This document shows, piece by piece, positions 20,547 to 30,563 of a DNA stretch of 64,000 nucleotides. The position numbers and the translations under genes were made by a program. The stretch is from assembly GCA_015478665.1 (NCBI GenBank), contig JADMII010000011.1, positions 13,889 to 77,888 on the forward strand. The letters run 5' to 3'. This DNA is from Dehalococcoidia bacterium (GTDB taxonomy: Bacteria; Chloroflexota; Dehalococcoidia; DSTF01; JACRBR01). Below the pieces are notes generated by a model that worked only from the letters and a program-made list of their open reading frames with translations, ran no database searches and was not told the DNA's origin. The first letter of the stretch is position 1, and each line of letters opens with the position of its first letter.

Positions 20547-21274
20547 CGCCGCCCGCACTGTGCTGGCGAAAGACAGAGCTGCGCGAGCGATTCTACGCAC
20601 CGGAGTTCCGCGGCATGTACGACCGCTTCGCCGACGTCATCCACGACTACGTCCGGCGCGACGACGTGATGCTCGACGCGGGCTGCGGCAGCGGACGGGT
20701 CTTCCAGTACCAGTTCGACGCACGCCAGCGGCCGGCGCGCATCGTCGGCGTTGACGTGACCGGGGAGCCGGCGGGCAACCGCAACATCGACAGCGCCGCC
20801 CGCGCCGACCTGGCCGCGCTGCCGTTCCGGGAGGGCGCGTTTGACATCGCGATCTCGAGCCACGTCGCCGAGCACCTGACGCAGCCCGAGCGAGTGTTCG
20901 GCGAGCTGGCACGCGTCGTGCGGCCGGGCGGACGCCTCCTCGTCCTTACGCCCAACCGCTGGCACTACGTCACGATCAGCGCGGCGCTGCTGCCGCACGA
21001 CCTCCACCTGCGCTTCAATCGCTCGCGCGGCGTCGATGCGCACGACATCTTCCCGACGGTCTACCGGGCGAACACGGAGCGGCGACTTCGCGCGCTGTAC
21101 GAGGACGCCGGCTTCGAGGTCGAACACCTGTACCAGTTCGAGACTGAGCCGGAGTATCTGGCCTTCAGCCTCCCGACCTACGCCGCCGGTGTCGGCTTCG
21201 AGCGCATTGTGAACCGCTTCGAGGCGCTGCGGCACCTGCGCGTCAACCTGCTCGCCGTCGGCCGCCGGCGCTGA
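20543..21274 (+). CDS. Class I SAM-dependent methyltransferase
   Basis: LDAGCGSG, LPF...FD and EH...E..RV.RPGG; GTGA overlap with the padR-like ORF. Confidence 0.85.
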   Translation: MTPPALCWRKTELRERFYAPEFRGMYDRFADVIHDYVRRDDVMLDAGCGSGRVFQYQFDARQRPARIVGVDVTGEPAGNRNIDSAARADLAALPFREGAFDIAISSHVAEHLTQPERVFGELARVVRPGGRLLVLTPNRWHYVTISAALLPHDLHLRFNRSRGVDAHDIFPTVYRANTERRLRALYEDAGFEVEHLYQFETEPEYLAFSLPTYAAGVGFERIVNRFEALRHLRVNLLAVGRRR

Positions 21275-21287
21275 GCGCCCGCCACGT

Positions 21288-22424
21288 CTACGAGCGGTCG
21301 GGCGGCCGCAGCCGACGCTCCGGGATCGGGTCTGCGAGCCCGATGGCGCTCGGCTCGACACGGCTCGTCTGCCAGTCGTCGACGGCCTGCGCCGCCGGCA
21401 GCCAGCCCGGCAGCGGCATCAGCAGGTAGCGCGACAGCGCGCCGATGTACGGCTCGTACGTCGTGCGCAGGCCGGCGAGCTCGTTGGCGCGGGCGGCGCT
21501 GTAGACGAGGCGCGGGTCGGCTTCGATGAGCCGCCGCATCGCCTCCTCTCCGTTCGCATCGAGCCGCTCGTCCGGAAGGATGCTCGGAGCACGCTCGAAG
21601 ACGTCGCTCAGGTCGACGGCGGCGTGCCGGGCGATCGCGAACGTCAGCTCGGCGCCCCTCGCATCGCGCCCGCTGCTGAACGCCAGCACGAGCGACGCCG
21701 TGTCGAGGATCGCCGCCAGGGCGGCCACCCACGACTGCCGTTCGTGCTGCGAGCGGAAGAACATCAGCACCGGATACGACAGATGGCTCTCAAGCAGCTC
21801 CGCGGCCCATCGCTCCCAGTCGCGAAGCATCGCCTGCAGCTCGTCGGGGTCATCGGCGGAGCGGCGCAGCAACTCGGCCGCGGTCGGCGGCGAGCCCGCG
21901 CGCGCGTCGAGCAGCGAGATCGCGGCTTCGCGGCGCGAGAACGACTGGTAGAACACGGGCAGGTAGCCGACGACGAGCGCCAGGAAGGCGAAGCCGTTCG
22001 CGCCTTCGACCACCGTTGTCGCGTGGGCGCCGCCGTTTTGCGGGCTGATATCGCCCAGGCCGAGCGTGAAGAACGTCGTCCCGCTGAAGTAGAGATCCGT
22101 GCCGTAGCCCGGGTGCTGCCCCGGCGCCGGCCCGACGTCGCCGGTCGCCCAGTAGATCAGCGAATAGGCCAAGACCAACCCGGTCGCCCAGAGGGCGATC
22201 AGCATCAAGAGCGACAGCGGCCCGAAGAAGCCGAGCACGCTGTCGCGCGTGTCGCCGTCGCCGATGCGCCCCGCGCACCACGACCAGAGCCGCCAGCTCG
22301 CGCGATAGAAGTACCGGGCGGGCCGCGCCGACCGCTGCACGCGCCGCGGCAGCACGATCACCTCGAAGACGTCCCAGAGCACGATGGCGATCAGCAGCGC
22401 GCCCGGGATGGCGGCGAAGATCAT
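21288..22424 (-). CDS. Potassium channel family protein (two TM plus pore)
   Basis: LYFSGTTFFTLGLGD pore signature and ESHLSYPVL.FFRS. Confidence 0.8.
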   Translation of the reverse strand: MIFAAIPGALLIAIVLWDVFEVIVLPRRVQRSARPARYFYRASWRLWSWCAGRIGDGDTRDSVLGFFGPLSLLMLIALWATGLVLAYSLIYWATGDVGPAPGQHPGYGTDLYFSGTTFFTLGLGDISPQNGGAHATTVVEGANGFAFLALVVGYLPVFYQSFSRREAAISLLDARAGSPPTAAELLRRSADDPDELQAMLRDWERWAAELLESHLSYPVLMFFRSQHERQSWVAALAAILDTASLVLAFSSGRDARGAELTFAIARHAAVDLSDVFERAPSILPDERLDANGEEAMRRLIEADPRLVYSAARANELAGLRTTYEPYIGALSRYLLMPLPGWLPAAQAVDDWQTSRVEPSAIGLADPIPERRLRPPDRS

Positions 22425-22503
22425 CGCCGTGGGAGCGCGTGTCGCCCGCGCCGCGGTGCGCGGTGCACCGGGCGACGACGGCCGGCAGGCGCCTGCATCG
22501 GCG

Positions 22504-23667
22504 TCAAGACAGCCACTTGCGCGCCATCCGCTCGACGGATGCGACGTCGGCGTAGACGCGCTGGCGCATGCCCTCGCGCTGGTCTTCGGGCACCGGCGCT
22601 TCCGGCGACGCGACCATCGCGCCGAAGAGGAAACCGACGATCTGCCAGATCGCCACGGCGACGATCTCGAACCCCTTGTACCACTCCGCGCGGTCGATGC
22701 CGTGCCCGAGCCCGCGCTCGAGCTCGTCGAGATAGTGCTCGAGCAGCTCCGGCACGTTCGGCGGGTTCTGATAGGTGAGGAAGCGCCCGACGTCCGCTGA
22801 CGCGAGGCCGACGCCGACGATCTCCCAGTCGATGACGACGGTCTGCGGGCCGTCCGGGCCGTGCCGGAAGCCCAGGTTGCGATTGTCGAAGTCGTAGTGG
22901 CAGAGCGTCAGCGGCATGCCGTCGATCGCACGCAGCAGGCGGTCGGGCTCGCGGAAGAGGCCCTCGATGAGCCGACGCGTCTCCGGTTCCAGCGAACCGA
23001 GCAGGTTCGTGATGCCGTCGGCCAGCCACGGCCACTGCGCGTGCATGTAGCGCGTCGCCTCCGCAGGCTCCGGCACGTTGTCGATCGTCTCGACGATCAG
23101 CCGGTACCAGGAGTCGACGGGTGTGCGCAGGCTCATGAGCCACGGTTGCGACAGCACGTCGTCCCGCTGCCAGAATCGCGCGTGGAACGCCGCCAGATGC
23201 GAGAGGATCAGCCGGATCGTCTCGTCCGGCAGTGCCTCGACGATGCCGAGACGCGCCATATCGGCGCTGACGTCCTCGAGGAAGGCCCAGTACTGACCAT
23301 GGGCGGCGTCGTGAATCACGTCGAGGTACGGATGATGGAACGTCGCCGGCAGCTGGTCGAGGAGTCCGGTCTTGAACGCGAGCAGCTCGCGATGCTGCGT
23401 GTCGCCGATGAGCGTCGACACGGCATCGCGCGGCGCCCGCCGGCGCAGGATCATGCGGGACGAGCCGCTGCCGCGGCTGCACTCGTAGTCGAACTCGATG
23501 ACGTCGAAGCTCTTGTTGCCGAACTTCGGATAGGCGAACGGCTCCGACTGCCCCAGGCGCAGCGAGCTGACGCGGGCCCGCTCGTCGCCGAGTAGCCGCC
23601 GCGCCGCCGTGTTCAGGTATTCGGGCGTGATCTCTTCGGGGGTACGGGGGATGATGTTCGTCGCCAT
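22504..23667 (-). CDS. APH/choline kinase-like phosphotransferase
   Basis: LEDV, LA.FHA, CHYDFDNRNL (Brenner-like) and IDWE; GGAGG RBS before ATG 23667. Confidence 0.8.
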   Translation of the reverse strand: MATNIIPRTPEEITPEYLNTAARRLLGDERARVSSLRLGQSEPFAYPKFGNKSFDVIEFDYECSRGSGSSRMILRRRAPRDAVSTLIGDTQHRELLAFKTGLLDQLPATFHHPYLDVIHDAAHGQYWAFLEDVSADMARLGIVEALPDETIRLILSHLAAFHARFWQRDDVLSQPWLMSLRTPVDSWYRLIVETIDNVPEPAEATRYMHAQWPWLADGITNLLGSLEPETRRLIEGLFREPDRLLRAIDGMPLTLCHYDFDNRNLGFRHGPDGPQTVVIDWEIVGVGLASADVGRFLTYQNPPNVPELLEHYLDELERGLGHGIDRAEWYKGFEIVAVAIWQIVGFLFGAMVASPEAPVPEDQREGMRQRVYADVASVERMARKWLS

Positions 23668-23798
23668 GAGCGCCTCCTCTGTGCGCCGCAGTGTATCCCG
23701 CGCCGCCTGCCAGGCCACCGCCGCGCCTCCACAGCTCACAGCGAGCAGCGCGCAGGCGCCAAACCGAACCGGCAACCGACGATCCGTTACCATGCACC

Positions 23799-24560
23799 AT
23801 GCTCACAAAGCGGATCATCCCCTGCTTCGACGTCGACGACGGGCGCGTCGTGAAGGGCATCTCGTTCGTCGAGCTGCGCGACGCGGGCGACCCGGCGGAG
23901 CTGGCGAAGGCGTACGACGCGCAGGGGGCGGATGAGCTGGTCTTTCTCGACATAACAGCCAGTTCGGACGACCGCTCGACAACCTACGACATGGTGGCGC
24001 GCACGGCCGACGAAGTCTTCATCCCGTTCACCGTCGGCGGCGGCGTGCGCAGCGACGTTGATGTGCGCGTGCTGCTCGAACTCGGCGCCGACAAGGTCTC
24101 GCTGAACAGCGCCGCCGTCGCGGACCCGCGCCTGATCGCCGTCGCGTCTGAGCGCTTCGGCTCCCAGTGCATCGTCGTCGCCATCGACGCGCGCGCCGTC
24201 GGTGAGGGCGCGTGGGAGGTCTACACGCACGGCGGCCGCACGGCGGCCGGGCTCGACGCCGTCGCCTGGGCGAAGCGCGCCGTCGAGCTCGGCGCCGGCG
24301 AGCTCCTTGTCACGAGCATGGATGCCGACGGCCACAAGGACGGCTACGACATCCCGCTCACCCGCACGATCAGCGAGAGCGTCGACGTGCCCGTGATCGC
24401 CAGCGGCGGCTGCGGACATCCGCGGCACATGGTCGATGTCATCGTCGATGGCCGCGCCGACGCGGTACTGGCGGCGAGCATCTTTCACTTCGGCCAGTAC
24501 TCGATCGCGGAGACGAAGCGCTATCTGGCGGCCCATGGCGTGCCGGTCCGCCTGCAATGA
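23799..24560 (+). CDS. hisF: Imidazole glycerol phosphate synthase cyclase subunit
   Basis: [31 protein letters not shown] and IASGG.G. Confidence 0.97.
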   Translation: MLTKRIIPCFDVDDGRVVKGISFVELRDAGDPAELAKAYDAQGADELVFLDITASSDDRSTTYDMVARTADEVFIPFTVGGGVRSDVDVRVLLELGADKVSLNSAAVADPRLIAVASERFGSQCIVVAIDARAVGEGAWEVYTHGGRTAAGLDAVAWAKRAVELGAGELLVTSMDADGHKDGYDIPLTRTISESVDVPVIASGGCGHPRHMVDVIVDGRADAVLAASIFHFGQYSIAETKRYLAAHGVPVRLQ

Positions 24561-24776
24561 GGCGAGCGCCGGCGACCAGCGCCCGCGACTACAGGCGCGA
24601 CGGCTGCGCGTGGCGGATGCTGCGCCGGTCGCCCGTCGCACGGGCCGATCTTCGGCCGGCGCCCGCGCCTCTGTCGTGCGGGGGCGCCAGCGCGTGATGG
24701 GGCATTGGCAGGGCAACGAGCGCGGAGTTGCATCGTCCCCTCCGGCGCAGCGGAGAGGGACACGAAGAGGGAAGCC

Positions 24777-25106
24777 ATGACGCTCAACTACAACCCGCAG
24801 GGACTGATCCCGGCGGTCATCCAGGACGACGAGACGAACGCTGTGCTCATGCTCGGCTACATGAATCCCGAGACGCTGCGGCTCACCCGGGAGTGCGGTC
24901 AGGTCGTCTTCTGGAGCCGCAGCCGCCAGGAGATCTGGCACAAGGGCGCCACCAGCGGCGATTATCTGGAGGTCCGCTCGATGAAGGCGGACTGCGAGAA
25001 CAACTCCCTGCTGATCCGGATCCGGCTGGTCGGCAACGCGACCTGCCACACCGGCGCCTACTCCTGCTTCTTCAACGACGTCGATCCCGCCGACGGGACG
25101 CCGTAG
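24777..25106 (+). CDS. hisI: Phosphoribosyl-AMP cyclohydrolase
   Basis: GLIPAVIQD, WSRSRQ..W.KG.TSG, DCE and CHTG..SCF. Confidence 0.93.
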   Translation: MTLNYNPQGLIPAVIQDDETNAVLMLGYMNPETLRLTRECGQVVFWSRSRQEIWHKGATSGDYLEVRSMKADCENNSLLIRIRLVGNATCHTGAYSCFFNDVDPADGTP

Positions 25107-25150
25107 CTCGCCGCCTCTGCGCGGTCACTCCGTCGGCGAGCGCGCCGCGC

Positions 25151-27307
25151 TCACCTGGTGCGTTCCTCCGCCGCGTCGATCAGCCCCAGCTTCTCCATCC
25201 GCATGCGGATCGAGCCCGGCTGCCGCTGGAGCTTCCGCGCGATCTGCTCCGGGCCGTCGCCCACACCCGCGTACCGTTGCACGAGCGTATCCTCTTCGTC
25301 GCTCCAGCGCTCGTACGCGCGCGCGTGCTCGCGGCGCACCTCCAGCTGAGACGCCGTGAACTTGACCGGGCGCCGGCCGTTCCGAGCGTCCATCGCCGCC
25401 AGCGTCGGCTCGACGGTTGCCGGCGGGCCGTCGTCCGACGTCTCCTCGTTCGCCGGGGCGTCGATCGGCGTTCGCGCGGCAGGCGCGGCTACCTCGGCGA
25501 GCACGGCATCGCCGTAGCGTTCGAGCTTCGCCGGCCCGACGCCGCCCACCGCGAGCAGCGCCTCCGGCGTCGTCGGCCGCGCGTCGGCGATGCCGCGCAG
25601 CGCCGCGTCGGTGAGCACGACGTACGCCGGCACGCCGTCCGCCGCCGCGCGTTGCATGCGCCACGCCTTCAGGCGCGCGAACAACGCCGCACCGTCGCCG
25701 TCGAGCCCGGCGGCGGGCCCGACGACGCCCGGCCGTGAGCCCGGCCGATGCCCTCCGCTCGCCGCTTCCGCCGGCAGCCGCAGCTGGCTCGGGCGCGCGC
25801 CGGAGATGACGTCGGCCGCACGGCGGGTGATCTGCAGCGTCGCCCGCTCGGTGCCGACGGCGAGCATGCCGGCGGCCACCAGCCGCCGCAGGAGATGCCG
25901 CAGCCACATCTCGCGGCGCTCGCGCAGCAGGCCGAAGCCGGCGCGGCGCTGCCAGTCGTACGCGCGCACCTGCCGGCTCTCCTCGCCCATCAGGTAGCTG
26001 ACGATGACGTTCGCGCCGACGGCGAAGGGCAGCGCGCGGACGGCGGCGAGCGCCGCGCGCACCGTCTCGGCCGACGCCGCCTCGTCTGGTTCTGGCGGCC
26101 GCTCGTCGGCCGCCGATGCGCGGCAATTGTCGCAGTGCCCGCAGCCGCCCAACTCCTCCGCCTCGTCCTCGAAGTAGCGCAGGATCGCGTCGTGGCGGCA
26201 CTCCGCCGTCTCGGCGTAGGCGATCATCGCCCGCAACAGCTCGCGGCGATGCAGCGCCTGCTCCGGCGCCGGCTCTCCGTCCGAGGCGATGAGCCGGAAA
26301 CGCCGCTGGATGTCCGTGTCCGAGACGAGCAGCACCCCGGCCGCCGGCATGCCGTCGCGACCGGCGCGGCCGACCTCCTGGTAGTACGCCTCGACCGACT
26401 GCGGCACGGCGTGGTGCATGACGAGGCGGATGTCCGGCCGGTCGATACCCATGCCGAATGCGTTCGTCGCCGCCACGACATCGAGCGCGCCGGCCTGGAA
26501 CCGCTGCTGCACGGCGGTGCGCTCTTCGCCGCTCATGCCGGCGTGATAGTGATCGGCGCGCCAGCCAGGCCCGCGCAGCGCCGCCGCTACGCTCTCGGCG
26601 TTCGAGCGCGTGGCGGTGTACACCAGCGCCGTGCCGCGTCCGCCGCGCGGCTTGCCGATGGCGCGACGGAGCTCCGTCGCGATCAGCTGCTCCTTCGCTC
26701 TGGCGCCCGCCGCCTCGACGACCGACAGCTCGAGGTTGTGGCGGGCGAACCCCCGCAGCACCTGCACGGCAGCCGGCATGTGCAGCCGCTCGACGATCTC
26801 GCGTCGAACCGCCGGCGTCGCCGTCGCCGTGCAGGCGATGAGCCGCGGCGGCCGCAACCGCTCGACGAGCGCGCCGAGCTGTAGGTAGTCGGGGCGGAAG
26901 TCGTGGCCCCAGTGGCTGATGCAGTGCGCCTCATCGACAGCCAGCAGCGAGATCGGCAGCCGCGCCAGCACCTCTTCGACGAAGCGCTCCGATGCCAGCC
27001 GCTCCGGCGCCACGTACAGCAGCTTGACGCCGCCGGCCAGCGTCAGCTCCGTCCGGCTGCGCACGTCGTGCGGCTCCAGGTTTGATGCCAGGTACGTCGC
27101 AGGGATGTTGCGCGCGTGGAGCGACGCCACCTGGTCCGCCATCAGCGCGACCAGCGGAGTCACCACCAGTGCCATGCCGTCGAGGTCGACGGCGGGCTGC
27201 TGGAAACACATGCTCTTGCCGCCGCCGGTCGGCGCCACGACCAGCACCTGTCCGGGCCCATGCTCCAGCGCGTCGATCGCCTCGCGCTGCCAGTCGTACA
27301 GTTCCAC
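25151..27307 (-). CDS. recQ: RecQ family DNA helicase with HRDC and an extra C-terminal domain
   Basis: PTGGGKS, DEAHCIS.WGHDFRP.Y, TATAT, AFGMGID, QE.GRAGRDG, Zn site CR...CGHCDNC and HRDC L..WR....VPAYVV. Confidence 0.93.
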   Translation of the reverse strand: MELYDWQREAIDALEHGPGQVLVVAPTGGGKSMCFQQPAVDLDGMALVVTPLVALMADQVASLHARNIPATYLASNLEPHDVRSRTELTLAGGVKLLYVAPERLASERFVEEVLARLPISLLAVDEAHCISHWGHDFRPDYLQLGALVERLRPPRLIACTATATPAVRREIVERLHMPAAVQVLRGFARHNLELSVVEAAGARAKEQLIATELRRAIGKPRGGRGTALVYTATRSNAESVAAALRGPGWRADHYHAGMSGEERTAVQQRFQAGALDVVAATNAFGMGIDRPDIRLVMHHAVPQSVEAYYQEVGRAGRDGMPAAGVLLVSDTDIQRRFRLIASDGEPAPEQALHRRELLRAMIAYAETAECRHDAILRYFEDEAEELGGCGHCDNCRASAADERPPEPDEAASAETVRAALAAVRALPFAVGANVIVSYLMGEESRQVRAYDWQRRAGFGLLRERREMWLRHLLRRLVAAGMLAVGTERATLQITRRAADVISGARPSQLRLPAEAASGGHRPGSRPGVVGPAAGLDGDGAALFARLKAWRMQRAAADGVPAYVVLTDAALRGIADARPTTPEALLAVGGVGPAKLERYGDAVLAEVAAPAARTPIDAPANEETSDDGPPATVEPTLAAMDARNGRRPVKFTASQLEVRREHARAYERWSDEEDTLVQRYAGVGDGPEQIARKLQRQPGSIRMRMEKLGLIDAAEERTR

Positions 27308-28177
27308 CTACACCTCGCCGCCGTTGGCCTCGACCGGCGTCCAGCGCCGCTTGCCGTCGGGCGTCTCGCTCAGGCGGCCGAGCCCGGGGTACGGGCAGTG
27401 CACGGCGACGACGAGCTCGCGCTCATCGATCGCCCGCCGCACGACGGCCTTCTTCGTCTCCATCGCCTGCAGCGGGAAGACGTCGAACGACGACACCCAC
27501 GCCGTCCGCTCCAGCTGCACCGAATGCTGCACCATGTCGCCGATGTAGATCGCCCGCTCGCCCGCCGATGCCAGCAGCACGCTGGCGTGGTCCGCCGTGT
27601 GCCCGGGCGTGTCGACGACGATCACCTCGTCCGTGATCTTCGTCTCCCCGTCGATCAGCTCGAGCTGCCCGGCCGCCTCGAGCGGCAGGATGTTTTCCGG
27701 CAGGTAGGTCGCCCGCGTGCGCTCGTTCGGATGCGTCGCCGCCTCCCACTCGCCGCGGCGGATCAGATAGCGCGCGCGACGGAACGTCGGCACGAAGCTG
27801 CCGGCGTCGTCGGCGCGCGTGTTCCAGCCGCAGTGGTCGGCGTGCAGGTGTGAGTTGACGACGACGTCGACGTCCTCGGGCCTCACGCCGACGGCGCGCA
27901 GGCCATCGAGCAGCGTCCCCTCGCTCGCCGGCGACGACTGCGCCCGGACGCGCTCCTTATCGCCCACGCCGGTCTCGATGAGGATCGTCTTCCCGGCGGA
28001 CCGGACGAGCAGCGAGTTCAGCCCGAGCGCCATCTGATAGCGCTCGTTGAGCGGGATCGCCAGCCGCTCCCACATGATGCGCGGCACGACGCCGAAGACG
28101 GCGCCGGCGTCCTGGTAGTACGTGCCATCGCTCAGCACCAACAGGTCGAGATTCCCCAGCCGGTGTCGTGCGGCCAT
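27308..28177 (-). CDS. MBL-fold metallo-hydrolase (YtnP/AHL-lactonase-like)
   Basis: D.GA.FGVVP, SHLHADHCG, TPGHT..H, GD and a C-terminal H; abuts recQ. Confidence 0.88.
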   Translation of the reverse strand: MAARHRLGNLDLLVLSDGTYYQDAGAVFGVVPRIMWERLAIPLNERYQMALGLNSLLVRSAGKTILIETGVGDKERVRAQSSPASEGTLLDGLRAVGVRPEDVDVVVNSHLHADHCGWNTRADDAGSFVPTFRRARYLIRRGEWEAATHPNERTRATYLPENILPLEAAGQLELIDGETKITDEVIVVDTPGHTADHASVLLASAGERAIYIGDMVQHSVQLERTAWVSSFDVFPLQAMETKKAVVRRAIDERELVVAVHCPYPGLGRLSETPDGKRRWTPVEANGGEV

Positions 28178-28298
28178 GTGTTGATCCTCGCCTCAGGGTC
28201 GACCGCGTGGCGTCGCTGCGCGTCGACGGCGCGGCGTTCCGGAGCGCGGCGCTCGGTCGCAGGGTTCGTCGACGCTGGCGCAACATCGTCAGCATTCT

Positions 28299-28344
28299 AG
28301 AACGTCTGTGCGAGTACGATAGGCCGATCGAGCGCCTGCGTCAA
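28299..28344 (-). promoter_or_regulatory. Promoter plus putative LexA box for the MBL-recQ operon
   Basis: Minus strand TTGACG-N17-TATCGT (28344-28316); AGAAC-gtct-GTGCG at 28299-28312. Confidence 0.5.
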
Positions 28345-28403
28345 CTGCTCCGGGCGCCATCCGCAGAGTGGGACTGGCGCGCCCGGCATCCGGTCGCCGC
28401 TGC

Positions 28404-29741
28404 CTACAGATGCGCAGCTGCGATGCTGATGCCGTACCCGACGAGCAGCAGCACGCCCACCATCGCGTGCAGCTGGACGTTCTTGCCCAGCGTTGCCATC
28501 AGCTCGTACGGGGCGCCGTACTGCTCCCGAATGCCGCGATAGATCTGGAACACCAGCGGCAGCGCCAGCAGCGCCAGCAGCGTCGGCAGCGGGATGACGC
28601 CGCTCACCGCGGAGACGGCGATCGCCGCGAACGCGGCGAGCGCCGCGACCAGGAAGGCCTTCGTCACGATGTCAGCGCTCCAGCGTACGGGGAGCGTCCG
28701 CTTGCCGACGAGCGCGTCGCTCCGCCGGTCGGGGATCTCGTTGAGGTAGAGGATGAGCGCGATCAGGATCGCCACCGGGATCGACGCGACGAACGGCTCG
28801 GCGGACCACTGCTTCGTCTGCACCAGGTACGCGCCGACCACCATGATCGGCCCGAATCCGAGCGCCGTCGTCACTTCGCCCAGCCCGCGATGCACGAGCT
28901 TGAGCGGCGGCGCCGTATAGAAGACGCTCAGCAGCACGCCGATGACGCCGACGATGAGCAGCGGCAGCGAGCCTCGGTATACGACGAGGAAGAGCCCGAT
29001 GGCGATGCCGACGGCGTATGCGCCGAGGCACAGCGCCCCCATCTGGCGCAGGGTCACGAGTCCGCGCTGGACGACGCGCGAGCCGCCGCTGAACTGCGTC
29101 GGGTTGACGTTCGCCGCATCGGCGCCGGAGAGCGTATCGAACACATCGTTCGCGACGTTCAGCCCGATATGGATGGCGGCGCCGCCGATCAGCGTCAGCA
29201 GCGCCAGCCACCAGTTGAAGTGGTCGTGCTTGGCGGCGACGGCGATGCCGAGCAGCACCGGCACGATCGTCGCCGTCAGGAACGGCAGGCGCGTCGCCAG
29301 CAGGAACGTCCAGAAGCGCGAGAGCCGCGGCTTCACCTGCCGTCCCTGCTCCGCCGACACCTGCGCCAGGTACTTCCGCGCCTGCTCGTTCGAGCGCTCG
29401 GAGTACTCGAAGAACGGCGTCTCCTTCTCGTCCCAGCCCCAGGCGCGCGCCGGCGCCAGGATGCGCGCGCCGCCGCGCGCCTGCAGCCGGCCCCACAGCT
29501 CGATGTAGCGTCGCTGGTCGTAGCCCGTCCCCGGCTGCGGCCGGATGTGGCTGACCGTGACGTTCACCTCGCTCTCCACGGGCAAGGCGATGCCGCTGGC
29601 CGCGAGCACGAGCTCGCCGCGCCCGGCGTCGACCTCGAACAGCGCCGGGGTCTGCAGCGGGTAGCCGTCGTCGTCGGTCCAACTCACGATCGCGTGGGGA
29701 TACGTCGCGAGCTTGTCGAAGAGCCTGCGGTCGATCTTCAT
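28404..29741 (-). CDS. MenA/UbiA-family prenyltransferase with an N-terminal PNPOx-like domain
   Basis: ATRLPFL, NVANDVFD...GAD, SGGSR, YTAPP.KL...GLGE and NEIPD...D...GKRTL, preceded by about 140 soluble residues starting AIVSWTDDDGYP. Confidence 0.85.
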   Translation of the reverse strand: MKIDRRLFDKLATYPHAIVSWTDDDGYPLQTPALFEVDAGRGELVLAASGIALPVESEVNVTVSHIRPQPGTGYDQRRYIELWGRLQARGGARILAPARAWGWDEKETPFFEYSERSNEQARKYLAQVSAEQGRQVKPRLSRFWTFLLATRLPFLTATIVPVLLGIAVAAKHDHFNWWLALLTLIGGAAIHIGLNVANDVFDTLSGADAANVNPTQFSGGSRVVQRGLVTLRQMGALCLGAYAVGIAIGLFLVVYRGSLPLLIVGVIGVLLSVFYTAPPLKLVHRGLGEVTTALGFGPIMVVGAYLVQTKQWSAEPFVASIPVAILIALILYLNEIPDRRSDALVGKRTLPVRWSADIVTKAFLVAALAAFAAIAVSAVSGVIPLPTLLALLALPLVFQIYRGIREQYGAPYELMATLGKNVQLHAMVGVLLLVGYGISIAAAHL

Positions 29742-30226
29742 CGCGCCGCCTCCGCCGCCGCGAGCGTCGCCGTCCGGGGCGGCTTCGAGGGGTCGCCGTC
29801 GTCCCACCAGTAGACGCGCCGCGGCGTCACTTCGATAATCGACCGCTCGAAGAACAGGGGCAGCGCGAACCGCTTGCCGAGGAATTGGTCGATCGCCGGC
29901 TCCTTCGCCCGCCAGAGCGGCAGCACCTGCTCCCACGTCTCGTGCGGGTCGTCCTCGACCACGCGCGCATCGCCCTGGATGCTGCAGCGCGCCGTCAGTC
30001 CACCGGTGGCGACCGGGTCGGTGATCGAGAGGCTGACGCGGCCGTCGCGCTTGATGTGCTCGAGCTTCCTCGAGAAGAGGATGCTCGAGGTCATGTACAC
30101 ACGCTCGCCGTCCCATAGCGGGATCAGCGGGTGGACCACCAGGCGACCGTCGGCGCCGATGACGGCCAGCTCGCACACCAACGCCCGCTGTAACAGCTCA
30201 TCGACCAGCTTCGGCATCTCACGCAT
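29738..30226 (-). CDS. PNPOx-like (split-barrel flavin/F420-binding) protein
   Basis: ELAVIGADG...HP, K...I.RD.RVSL, IQG.ARV and IEVTP.RV..W; ATGA overlap with the downstream prenyltransferase. Confidence 0.8.
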   Translation of the reverse strand: MREMPKLVDELLQRALVCELAVIGADGRLVVHPLIPLWDGERVYMTSSILFSRKLEHIKRDGRVSLSITDPVATGGLTARCSIQGDARVVEDDPHETWEQVLPLWRAKEPAIDQFLGKRFALPLFFERSIIEVTPRRVYWWDDGDPSKPPRTATLAAAEAAR

Positions 30227-30563
30227 CAGACTCGGCTCCCGTCCTCCGGCATCGGCCTGCTCCGTCGCGTTCCCGCGCGTGATTGGATGCGACGTGGCAT
30301 CCACCCGAAGCGTACCGCGTCCGCCGGATGATGCATGCCGCCGCTAATCAGCGCTCATGCACCGGCCAGATAACACATGCGGAGCAAGCGCGAGCGGGTG
30401 GGGGCACGCCGCGCCATCGCCCAGCCGGCGCCGTCGCGCTGCAGTCAGGCCGCCGGCGCCGCGCGCACGCGTCACCGCCGGTCGCTCGCCCGTCGATCTC
30501 GACATCGTGCGGACTCGCGTGTACGATAGGCGCCTGAACGAGAACAGAGACGGAGGCCCGGCC

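Noticed and set aside
21288-22424. Non-canonical TLGLGD selectivity filter as a novelty
   Set aside because: GLGD/GFGD variants are common in this bacterial channel family
24725-24770. Hairpin upstream of hisI as a His attenuator or riboswitch
   Set aside because: No His-codon leader peptide, no U-tract and no recognisable riboswitch consensus
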